From an uncultured Gammaproteobacteria bacterium (GTDB lineage: Bacteria; Patescibacteriota; Patescibacteriia; Patescibacteriales; UBA12465), in assembly GCA_964500975.1 (NCBI GenBank), contig CAZCQW010000001.1, forward strand, positions 49,750 to 113,749: 64,000 nucleotides of DNA, read 5' to 3'. The notes beneath the pieces were generated by a model. That model saw only the letters and a program-made list of their open reading frames with translations, was not told the DNA's origin and searched no databases. This document shows, piece by piece, positions 33,908 through 42,459 of this stretch (position 1 is its first letter; each line of letters begins with the position of its first letter). The position numbers and the translations under genes were made by a program.

Positions 33908-36676
33908 ATGACAAAAAAAATTAAATTAATTCTCTTCTTTTTTGGCCTAGTTGCCTTGGTAGCTGGAGCTAATTTTGTGTCTGCTCAAAACACTGATGAC
34001 ACTTTTGGAATAGAAACAACAAACAACACTCTAAGCGGTTCGCTTGGTCAGGCTAATGCTAGCCCTATAGAAATGGCTGGTCGTGTTATTCAAGTCGTTC
34101 TAAGTTTTTTAGCTTTACTTGCACTCGCTTTAACTATATATGCCGGTTTTTTATGGATGACCTCTAATGGCGATAAAGATAAAATAGAACAAGCGCAGAA
34201 AATTTTACGTAATGCATTGATAGGTTTGGTTATTATTTTAACCTCATGGGGAATAACAAGCTTTGTTATAAGTAGATTGTTCGGCGCTGTTACTGGTAAC
34301 GGAGGTTCTGGCTCAAATACTAATAATAATTTTTCTAATCCAGGTATAGGGGCTATCGGTGCCTGCACAGTTTCCTCTTTTTATCCCGAGAATAACCAAA
34401 AAGATGTTGCTAGAAATAGTTCTATTATTGTGAGTTTCAAAGAAGAGATTAAAGCTGATAGTGTTTGTGTTAACAGTCTTAATTCACCTTGCGTCTGCGG
34501 ATCGGTTGAAGGTGGTAAGACTTGTAGTTTAATTAATCCAAAAGTAATAAGAATTTTCAAAAGAGATTTAGGGGATGCTTGTTCTAATACCTCTTGTCCT
34601 GAAATCAACACGAACGTAATTGATGTTTCTGCTTCAATTTCGAATGATAAAAAAACTTTAATTTTAATGCCCTTAACATATTTAGGAAATCAGACTGATA
34701 ATTTTTTGTATTCGGTAAAAATTAATGATGGATTAAAAAAGATAGACGGATCTTCAATGTTTAAAACTTGTAGCACTAATTACTTCTCTTGGAGTTTTGA
34801 GGTAAGTAGTCGCCTAGATTTGACTCCGCCTCAGATTGAATATGGGATGATGTTTCCCCGACCTGATAATCAAAAAGATGTACAAAATGAAATATCTATT
34901 GCTGTGCCAGCTCGCGCTTCAATAGCTGTATCGTCTTGTCCGAATGTTTATAGCAGTTCGACAATTATTAGTGTTGACTCTATTGCTAATAGTCCTAAGG
35001 CTTCCGCCTCCGCTCTTAATTATCAAGGAAAAATTACTAAGTTTAAGGTCGTTGTGTCCCAAGACTCAAAAGATAAAGTTAGGCTTTTTGATGGGAATGA
35101 TGATTTAAATCTTTTGGGTGTAGCAGATTTTGATGATCAAGGTTTTGCTAAATTTAATAATTTTTTTATCTTCAAGGCTTCCGAGAGAGAGCTTGGAAAT
35201 GCTTGGATGGTAGAATTGAGTCCTGAAAAATTGGCTGATTTTTTGAAAATTAATGATCAGGCATATATTTTTACAAACGGTTCTAACGGAAATAATAATA
35301 TTATAGTTCCAGAAAATTGTAATCCGGTCCTAATGGCAAAAGCTATTAAGGAAACCTTGAGTGGAGATCCTGTTATAGATCTTAACGATGCGATTGTTGG
35401 AAGCTCCATTGATTTAGCTGCCAAGGTAGCTGGCGTCAAGGGTAATGATATTGTTATTGAAACAAGTAATCAAAGCGCATTCCAGATTCAACCTTTTAAA
35501 GGCGGCGTCGATAGAAAGGATTTAGCTCAAGTAATTGATAAGCGAGACGTGCCAATGAACACGGTTATTCAAATAAATTTTAATGAACCAGTTAATCCGT
35601 TAAAAGTTTCTGGCCTCGCCGCTGAAGTTAAAGATTATATTAAGGTTGTTAATAATAATTCTACAAGCTCTAAGTCTGGCGGTGAGAGTTGCGAAAACGA
35701 CTTAGATTGTGATTCGTATAAATGCGAAGGAGTGGTTAATAGTAAAAAATGTATAGGTGATTATGTTGATGGTCGGTTTTTAGTTAGTAATAATTATAAA
35801 ACCCTTGAATTTATTTCAAACAATGAATGCGGGGTTAATGGTTGCGGCGAAAAAGTTTATTGCCTGCCAAAAAATAGTGTGTTGGCGGTTGAACTTAAAT
35901 CAGCTGATTTAAGAACTTGTGAAAATGATAATGATTGTGTCGCCCTAACGCCATTTATAAAATGTCTTCCCGCACCTTTAGGTTTAAACTATAAAACCTG
36001 CCAAAACTCTGATAAAAAAAACTATCCAAGTTCAGGCTCAAGTTTAAATGGAATTATTGATATGTCATTGAATTCTCTTGATGGCGATAGAGATGAGGCT
36101 TCAGACGGACCAGTTAGCTTTTATAGTGATAATTATGTTAGCACGAATCCTGCAAATATTAACAAAAAAGATAATTATCGTTGGCATTTTTACGTTAATG
36201 ATCAAATGAACTTAACATCGCCAAGTATTGAACTTGTTCAACCAGCTCAAGGAGATACTGGGGTGAACTTAGCAAACCCTATTAAAATAACATGGAACGC
36301 TCTCATGATGAATAGTACCTTAGTTACTGGGAGCGCGTTTATTGATAATGGAAAAGAAAAAGTAGAACACAAGCTATTGGGCATAAAAAGTTCAGCTGAA
36401 AATGCTTTTGGTTATTGGATTAGTAATGAAAATATTGATACCGCTGATAATGGACCATTAGACGGAGAACCTGACAAAACAATTACTTATATTAATCATA
36501 CTGCTTTTTCAGAGTCGATAACTTATAAGGCTCAGGCTGGGTCAGGTATTAAAGATATTTATCAAAATTGCTTTAAGCCTAGCGCGGGCGTTGGTTGTGA
36601 AGTTAGCGAAACTAATCCTTCTTGCTGCTTTGGACAAGCCACAAGCACACTAGGAGCTAACCGAAGTTGTAACTAG
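33908..36676 (+). CDS. Giant surface protein A: signal peptide + TrbC/VirB2-like two-helix hairpin + Ig-like (SbsA/Big_5-like) and Cys-rich modules
   Basis: 922 aa. It starts with a signal peptide (MTKKIKLILFFFGLVALVAGANFVSA/Q). Next comes ..VIQVVLSFLALLALALTIYAGFLWMTSNGDKDKIEQAQKILRNALIGLVIILTSWGITSFVISRLF, followed by a G/N-rich linker. Repeats of the type ..YPENNQKDVARNSSIIVSFKEEI.. follow, along with Cys-rich stretches (CENDLDCDSYKCEG..). Confidence 0.75.
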   Translation: MTKKIKLILFFFGLVALVAGANFVSAQNTDDTFGIETTNNTLSGSLGQANASPIEMAGRVIQVVLSFLALLALALTIYAGFLWMTSNGDKDKIEQAQKILRNALIGLVIILTSWGITSFVISRLFGAVTGNGGSGSNTNNNFSNPGIGAIGACTVSSFYPENNQKDVARNSSIIVSFKEEIKADSVCVNSLNSPCVCGSVEGGKTCSLINPKVIRIFKRDLGDACSNTSCPEINTNVIDVSASISNDKKTLILMPLTYLGNQTDNFLYSVKINDGLKKIDGSSMFKTCSTNYFSWSFEVSSRLDLTPPQIEYGMMFPRPDNQKDVQNEISIAVPARASIAVSSCPNVYSSSTIISVDSIANSPKASASALNYQGKITKFKVVVSQDSKDKVRLFDGNDDLNLLGVADFDDQGFAKFNNFFIFKASERELGNAWMVELSPEKLADFLKINDQAYIFTNGSNGNNNIIVPENCNPVLMAKAIKETLSGDPVIDLNDAIVGSSIDLAAKVAGVKGNDIVIETSNQSAFQIQPFKGGVDRKDLAQVIDKRDVPMNTVIQINFNEPVNPLKVSGLAAEVKDYIKVVNNNSTSSKSGGESCENDLDCDSYKCEGVVNSKKCIGDYVDGRFLVSNNYKTLEFISNNECGVNGCGEKVYCLPKNSVLAVELKSADLRTCENDNDCVALTPFIKCLPAPLGLNYKTCQNSDKKNYPSSGSSLNGIIDMSLNSLDGDRDEASDGPVSFYSDNYVSTNPANINKKDNYRWHFYVNDQMNLTSPSIELVQPAQGDTGVNLANPIKITWNALMMNSTLVTGSAFIDNGKEKVEHKLLGIKSSAENAFGYWISNENIDTADNGPLDGEPDKTITYINHTAFSESITYKAQAGSGIKDIYQNCFKPSAGVGCEVSETNPSCCFGQATSTLGANRSCN

Positions 36677-36721
36677 ATCATTATAATAGTTTTATTGTAG
36701 AGAGATTTTAAGAATAAAAAA

Positions 36722-39700
36722 ATTTTAAAAAAAATATTTGCCTTCTCTCTGTTAGCTGGCACTTTTCTTTTTTCTCAACTTGTTTTTGCTCAAGATTTTG
36801 GATCAGCTGAAGTTAGTAATGGTTTAAATGGAGTTCTTGGTGAAACAACTGATCCGCGCAAAGTAGCGGGTAGGATAATTAATTTTGCTTTAGGTTTTTT
36901 GAGTCTGATTGCGCTAGTACTCATGATTTATGCTGGCTTCACTTTGATGACTTCAAGTGGAGATGAGTCAAAAGTTGAAAAAGCAAAAAGCACTTTGAAA
37001 AACGCTCTTATCGGTTTAATAGTTATTTTAATTTCTTGGGGGGTGACAAGTTTTATTATTACACGTTTAAGCAACACAGATGTTAACGGTTCAGACCCTT
37101 GCACGAGTGGAGAAACTCGATCTTGTGGTTGTGGTGGAACAATGTCTTGCGTTGACGGTTCATTTAGCGATTGTATTGGTTCAGACCCGGGAGATTGCGC
37201 TAATCCACCAGCTAGTTGTGATTCTAGCGGAGCTCCTGGTTGTCAAAAACTTAATAGAATTTGCTCTTCTGGGTATTTCTGTGACGACAGTTGTTTGTGT
37301 CAGACCCAAGGAAAGCGCGGCGATTCCTGTGATAGTAATTTAAATAATACAACTTGTGATTTAGACAATGACCGTTGTGGTGAATATTTAACCTGTAATC
37401 CTAGTACTTGTTTGTGTGATGGTCCGCCAGTAATTACAAGCCTTAGCCCTCTTGGTGGTTTTTGTAGTAATAATATAAATAAAGCATGTCAAAAAGATAC
37501 TGATTGCGGTGAAAGTGCTTATTGTAATCTTCAAAACGCTAACGGGGCAGTTAGTAATTTCATAACAATTTCCGGGAAAAATTTTGGCGAATATTCTTCA
37601 GGCTCAAGCAAACTCATTTTTCTAGGTAGCACAAAGAGTGCGGAAGCGGTTTCTCCGGCTGTTATAAATTCAAAATGTATAAATTTTTGGACAGATACTC
37701 AAATTATAGTAGCAGTTCCTCAAGGCGCCGAAAATGGTCCTATTAAAATTATTAATAAAGACGGCTTGGAGGACATAACTAACAATGAAGTTGGACCAAA
37801 GATCTTGGATTTTGTTGTTAATAATATTAAGCGACCAGGTCTTTGTAGCATAGACCCTGTTCAGGGTTCTTTGAGCACGGAAGTTAATTATCAAGGGGCT
37901 AATTTATATTTAGGTAAAGCATATTTTGGAAATTACACAAACAATGTTAACGGCTTGAATTCAAACTTTACTAATGCGGCTGGATTATCGGGTGTTGCTA
38001 GTACGCCTAATATTAAAGAAGGGGATTCTGGAAGCTTTGTTCAGACAGAGATTAATGGAACAACTCAAAAGAGTAATTATCTTAGGTTTGTTAAATCTCC
38101 AGAAGAGGGCGATGGACCATATATTATGTCTTTCTCTCCGAGTGAGGGCGCCCCAGGTCAATATTTAAGTATTATTGGTTCTGGTTTTGGAAATATTAAA
38201 GATCTTAGCAAAGTTTTTTTTGTTAGTGGTCTTGATAAAATTGAGGCATCTTATTCTTTTCCAGTTATTTGCGTTAATTCTGTTTGGACTAACAACCAAA
38301 TCATTGTTAAGGTTCCGGCTAATTTAGTTAATGGTGGGTATAGTCTAGAAATTCAGTTGGCGAAAGAAACTATTACTACTCAAAATTTAAATCCAAATTT
38401 ATTTACTGTTAAAACCAATCTTCCTCTTAAGCCAAGTTTATGTAAAATTAATCCCGAAAAAGGATCCGTATCTACGCCAGTTTCTTTTTGGGGGGAGTAC
38501 TTTGGATCAGAAGGGTCTCAGGTTTTAGTTCAATTTAATTATGCTAAAAATGTTAGTGGTCTAGTTAAAAAGGAAAAAGATTCCCAAACCACTAACGCAA
38601 GTGTCCCTCAAGGAGCGGTGACTGGTCCAGTTAAGATTGTAAAATCTGGTCTTGGTGGGAATGAAATGAATTTTTCTGTTTCCGAGTGTAAAAACAATGA
38701 CGATTGTAGTGGTAAGACATGTTGCCCTCAAAATACATACCGTAAGGGTTTATGCGTTTCAAGTTTAGACGAGTGCTTCGTTGATATAAAAACATCTGTT
38801 TTTGAATGGAGTTTTAGCACTGATCTAAATGGAAACAAACCAAAATTTGATAGTTGTATTGGTATTTCAAAATATTCAGGATCATGCTATCAGGGAAATA
38901 TGTGTCCAAATAGTCCAGGAGCCTGTTCTTCTCTTGATGCTGGTTATGATAAAGTTGTTGGTTCTTGCGACTTAAGCTGTGAAGCAATTAATTCCTGTAA
39001 AGGAAATAAATGTACTTATAATGAAAGTGTTGACCGGTGTGTGGCTAAGTCTCCTGAGAATTGTGATTTACCGCTAACTATAACATTTTCAGAAACTGAT
39101 TATGAAAATAAATTAGATAAACCTTATACTACTGAGAAATTTTGTAACAGCAATCTTAAATGGGAAATAACCTCTCCTTTGTCTTGTCCGAAAGGCTGGA
39201 CTAGAGGAGCTTCTAATAGTTGCGTTCAAGATTCTTCAAGTTGTGGTCTCTGCGAAAGTAATTTTGCTTGTCAGAAGATTGGTAATATTAACAAATGCGT
39301 TTCTGACGAATTATGCAAAGACAAGGGTGCTAGTTGTTTTGATAATTTAAGTAGCCCTTTTGAGCTTGATAATTGCGTTGTTAAAGTCGAGCCAGCTTGT
39401 GAATGTTGCTGTCGAATTGGAAAGGATGCTGAAGATTGTTGTGCTCCTTTAACTTGTGCGGGAAAATGTGGCTCTGATGTTAAAGCTAGTACAAATACAT
39501 ATGGATCTTGTTCTGGATGTGCTGCAGTTGGAGATACTCAGGAAGAGCATGATGCGGCCTGTAATTGTTCTAATGCGAGTGGTAAATTTTGTAGCATAAG
39601 TTCAGAAAATCCTCAGGGCATATGTACTGATTGTGCGGGAATAGATAATCAAGCAGAATGTGGTGATCATTCAGCTACTTGTTGTTTTGATTCAAATAGA

Positions 39701-42439
39701 ACTGCGACAACAACCGATGATGTTTGCCGAAGTATCGCATCTAGTACAGTTATAAGCACCGTTAAGACTGATGAGAACTATGGTTACTGTGGCTATTTTG
39801 CCTGCGATGCTGGTTCTCCAAAAAAATGTATTACCGATACTTCTCTAAGAGTTGCTCCATATAGCATGAAGCAAACTTGTATTGATTCATGCCCTAAAGA
39901 AGGTGAAGATATTTGTCGTGAATTTAAAACTAAAGAGTCATGTTCGGCTGAGCCTACCTGTTGTTTTGATAGTAAGAAAAAGCAATGTAAATCCGGTAAT
40001 CAAATTGCCTTGGGTGAGTCAGCTGGTTACTGCGCTTATTATGATTGTAATAAGGCTCCTTATGATACTAAACAGTGTAATACTATAGCTAGCACAACAG
40101 GAAAGTTTGTTGATCAAAGCAAATGCGCTGAGAAATGTGCCAACCCTGATGATGGCGCTGGGTTAGGTTGTGTTAGTGCTACAAATAAAGATGCTTGTGA
40201 TTTTAATTTATGTTCCGATGATAAGTTGAGTTGTCTTCAGGACACTGGGCTTGCAGGTGTTTTTCCTGGCTGCGGAACTTGTTGTTGTCAGCCAGCGATT
40301 AATGGTCAAGCTGATTCCTGTAAGACTGCTGCGACTCCAGATTTAACTTGCAAAGCAGATCAAGGTTCTTGCAGTGGCGCTAGTCGAGGTTTGTGTTGTG
40401 GTTGTAAGAGCGATGGTGATTGTGGGTCAGAAACAACAACCGGGTGTGGCTTTGACACATGTTGCAAAGCTAGACCAAAAGTTTCTTCAACTTCACCTGC
40501 AATTTCAGCGACAAATGTTTGTCGCAATGCGGCCATAAAGATTAGCTTCGATCAAAAAATGGATGCCAGCAGTTTCGTTAATAACTTCTTATTATTTGAG
40601 GAAAGAAATTATCAAGATGGTGTTTGTCCTAGTGGCTCATTCTTAGCTAGTGCGGATATTATTGAAGAAATAAATAGAGCTAAGAACAAAAATTTCATAG
40701 TCCGTCTTTTTGAAAAAATTAATCTTAAAATTTCATCAATTTTTAATACTAATAAAAAAGCTTTGGCTTTAGCACCTAATGCGGATAAGCTATACTGCTC
40801 AGTTTCAGGCCAAGTTAGCTCAGAGGAAGGAGAATCTTCAAGTAGCCTAATTTTTTCACCTGAAAGAGTGCTATCACCAGCAGCGGTTTATTTTGTTGTT
40901 ATTGGTGGCGATGAAACACTAGAAAGTCAGAGCGGCGTTTTGAGCTCGGCTAAGATTGGTATGAATGGTGGTGGATTTAGAGAGTCAAATTTAAATGTTT
41001 TAGTTAACCCTATTAGTTTTAATGGAAAAAAATATAATAATGCTTACAGTTTTCAATTTAGAACTTTGTCTAGTCAGGGCGTTTCAGCTGGAATTTGCGC
41101 AATTGATCATGTTAGCTTGAAGCCAGAATCATATTTATTTAAAACCACGGTTAATGATCTGAATGAGAAAGACGATAATAGTGACTCTAGTTTTGATACC
41201 GTCAGCGATTCAGACAAAGTATTTACAGCAGGCGCTTATAGTTTTGGCAACCAATTGCTTTCTCCAGTTAGTGGTTATAATTGGGAGTGGAATTGGGTTT
41301 TAGGCGACCCAAAGGTGATTGGAATTTCTACTTCACCAACTAATTTGAGTTCATTTAATAAATTAATTGTTGCTCAAACCGGAGTCACTGATAGTCAAAC
41401 TAAATTAACTGCCATGGTTAACATGGATAAATATACTAAGAATTGTGGCACTACCTGCAACGCATTTACTGTTGGTGATAAGGAGTTAGCAGCCAGTGAT
41501 ATTTATGTTTTTGTTTGTGCAAATCCTTGGCCAGCCGTTAATGCTAATGGAAGTTGGAATCCATGGTCAGATGCGGGGAATAATTGTTCAAATAATAATG
41601 GCTCATGCGAAACATACAATTATAAATTCTATTATTGTCGTGATGCTGGTGGCCCTGGAACAAGTGATGATTTGCCGGCCATAAGTAATAATCCTATATC
41701 TTTGAGTGGAAATTTACTTTGTAATAGTAATAATGCTCCTTGTGTTAGTCCGGCTGGAGTTAATTCAAGTTGTGATAACGGCAAGGGAGTTTGTGTATGG
41801 AGCGTTCTTAAGGAATCATATTTCTTCCGTGAAGCTTTGCCTAATGGTGCAGTTATTAAAGAAATTAAAGACATGCAAACAGGCGGCGCGGTTCAGCTAA
41901 AGTGGGAGTCTCCTAGCGCTGGAATAAGTTCATATAAAATTTATTATTTAAAATCAGGTAAAGGTGCGATGTTATCTAAGGAATTTCCTGCTGCTCAGCC
42001 AGTTTGCGCACCTTCGGGGCAAGTGTTTACTTGTGCAGCTCAAATTGTTGGATTAGTGGATGGTCAGGAGTATATATTTAAGATTAGCGCTGTTTCTACC
42101 AATAAAACAGAAAGTAGTTTTTCTGAAGAGCTAACAGTTAAATCTAGTGATAAAATTCCTCCTGTAGCGCCATCTAACTTCAATGCCACCTCAACCACGG
42201 CTCAGTTTAAATTTTCTTGGCAGGCTGACGTTGATCCGAATGTATTTTATCGCTTATATCATGGTACTGTGTCGCAAAAATATGGAGAATCCTTTGATTC
42301 AAAACCAGGAGCGAGTAGTCTAAGTCTAGACAAGTCTTTATTTAAGTCAAAGAATAACTATTTTTCTTTATCCGCAATTGATATAAGTAAAAATGAAAGC
42401 ATAAAATCAAGTGAAAAAACTTTGTTAATTTCAAATTAG
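36722..42439 (+). CDS. Giant surface protein B (about 1900 aa): signal peptide + TrbC/VirB2-like hairpin + about 4 IPT/TIG-like domains + very long Cys-rich region + Ig-like + 2 FN3-like domains; start codon unresolved
   Basis: The track ORF starts at TTG 36899. The same frame is open from 36701 and encodes ..KKILKKIFAFSLLAGTFLFSQLVFA/QD (a signal peptide) with no ATG/GTG/TTG; ATT at 36722 is the nearest candidate. TIG-like repeats: ..PPVITSLSP..ISGKNFG.., ..PYIMSFSPSEGAPGQYLSIIGSGFG... FN3-like C-terminus: ..PPVAPSNFNATS..FSWQAD..YRLYHG... Confidence 0.7.
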   Translation: MLKKIFAFSLLAGTFLFSQLVFAQDFGSAEVSNGLNGVLGETTDPRKVAGRIINFALGFLSLIALVLMIYAGFTLMTSSGDESKVEKAKSTLKNALIGLIVILISWGVTSFIITRLSNTDVNGSDPCTSGETRSCGCGGTMSCVDGSFSDCIGSDPGDCANPPASCDSSGAPGCQKLNRICSSGYFCDDSCLCQTQGKRGDSCDSNLNNTTCDLDNDRCGEYLTCNPSTCLCDGPPVITSLSPLGGFCSNNINKACQKDTDCGESAYCNLQNANGAVSNFITISGKNFGEYSSGSSKLIFLGSTKSAEAVSPAVINSKCINFWTDTQIIVAVPQGAENGPIKIINKDGLEDITNNEVGPKILDFVVNNIKRPGLCSIDPVQGSLSTEVNYQGANLYLGKAYFGNYTNNVNGLNSNFTNAAGLSGVASTPNIKEGDSGSFVQTEINGTTQKSNYLRFVKSPEEGDGPYIMSFSPSEGAPGQYLSIIGSGFGNIKDLSKVFFVSGLDKIEASYSFPVICVNSVWTNNQIIVKVPANLVNGGYSLEIQLAKETITTQNLNPNLFTVKTNLPLKPSLCKINPEKGSVSTPVSFWGEYFGSEGSQVLVQFNYAKNVSGLVKKEKDSQTTNASVPQGAVTGPVKIVKSGLGGNEMNFSVSECKNNDDCSGKTCCPQNTYRKGLCVSSLDECFVDIKTSVFEWSFSTDLNGNKPKFDSCIGISKYSGSCYQGNMCPNSPGACSSLDAGYDKVVGSCDLSCEAINSCKGNKCTYNESVDRCVAKSPENCDLPLTITFSETDYENKLDKPYTTEKFCNSNLKWEITSPLSCPKGWTRGASNSCVQDSSSCGLCESNFACQKIGNINKCVSDELCKDKGASCFDNLSSPFELDNCVVKVEPACECCCRIGKDAEDCCAPLTCAGKCGSDVKASTNTYGSCSGCAAVGDTQEEHDAACNCSNASGKFCSISSENPQGICTDCAGIDNQAECGDHSATCCFDSNRTATTTDDVCRSIASSTVISTVKTDENYGYCGYFACDAGSPKKCITDTSLRVAPYSMKQTCIDSCPKEGEDICREFKTKESCSAEPTCCFDSKKKQCKSGNQIALGESAGYCAYYDCNKAPYDTKQCNTIASTTGKFVDQSKCAEKCANPDDGAGLGCVSATNKDACDFNLCSDDKLSCLQDTGLAGVFPGCGTCCCQPAINGQADSCKTAATPDLTCKADQGSCSGASRGLCCGCKSDGDCGSETTTGCGFDTCCKARPKVSSTSPAISATNVCRNAAIKISFDQKMDASSFVNNFLLFEERNYQDGVCPSGSFLASADIIEEINRAKNKNFIVRLFEKINLKISSIFNTNKKALALAPNADKLYCSVSGQVSSEEGESSSSLIFSPERVLSPAAVYFVVIGGDETLESQSGVLSSAKIGMNGGGFRESNLNVLVNPISFNGKKYNNAYSFQFRTLSSQGVSAGICAIDHVSLKPESYLFKTTVNDLNEKDDNSDSSFDTVSDSDKVFTAGAYSFGNQLLSPVSGYNWEWNWVLGDPKVIGISTSPTNLSSFNKLIVAQTGVTDSQTKLTAMVNMDKYTKNCGTTCNAFTVGDKELAASDIYVFVCANPWPAVNANGSWNPWSDAGNNCSNNNGSCETYNYKFYYCRDAGGPGTSDDLPAISNNPISLSGNLLCNSNNAPCVSPAGVNSSCDNGKGVCVWSVLKESYFFREALPNGAVIKEIKDMQTGGAVQLKWESPSAGISSYKIYYLKSGKGAMLSKEFPAAQPVCAPSGQVFTCAAQIVGLVDGQEYIFKISAVSTNKTESSFSEELTVKSSDKIPPVAPSNFNATSTTAQFKFSWQADVDPNVFYRLYHGTVSQKYGESFDSKPGASSLSLDKSLFKSKNNYFSLSAIDISKNESIKSSEKTLLISN

Positions 42440-42459
42440 TTTGAATACGATTTTAAAAT

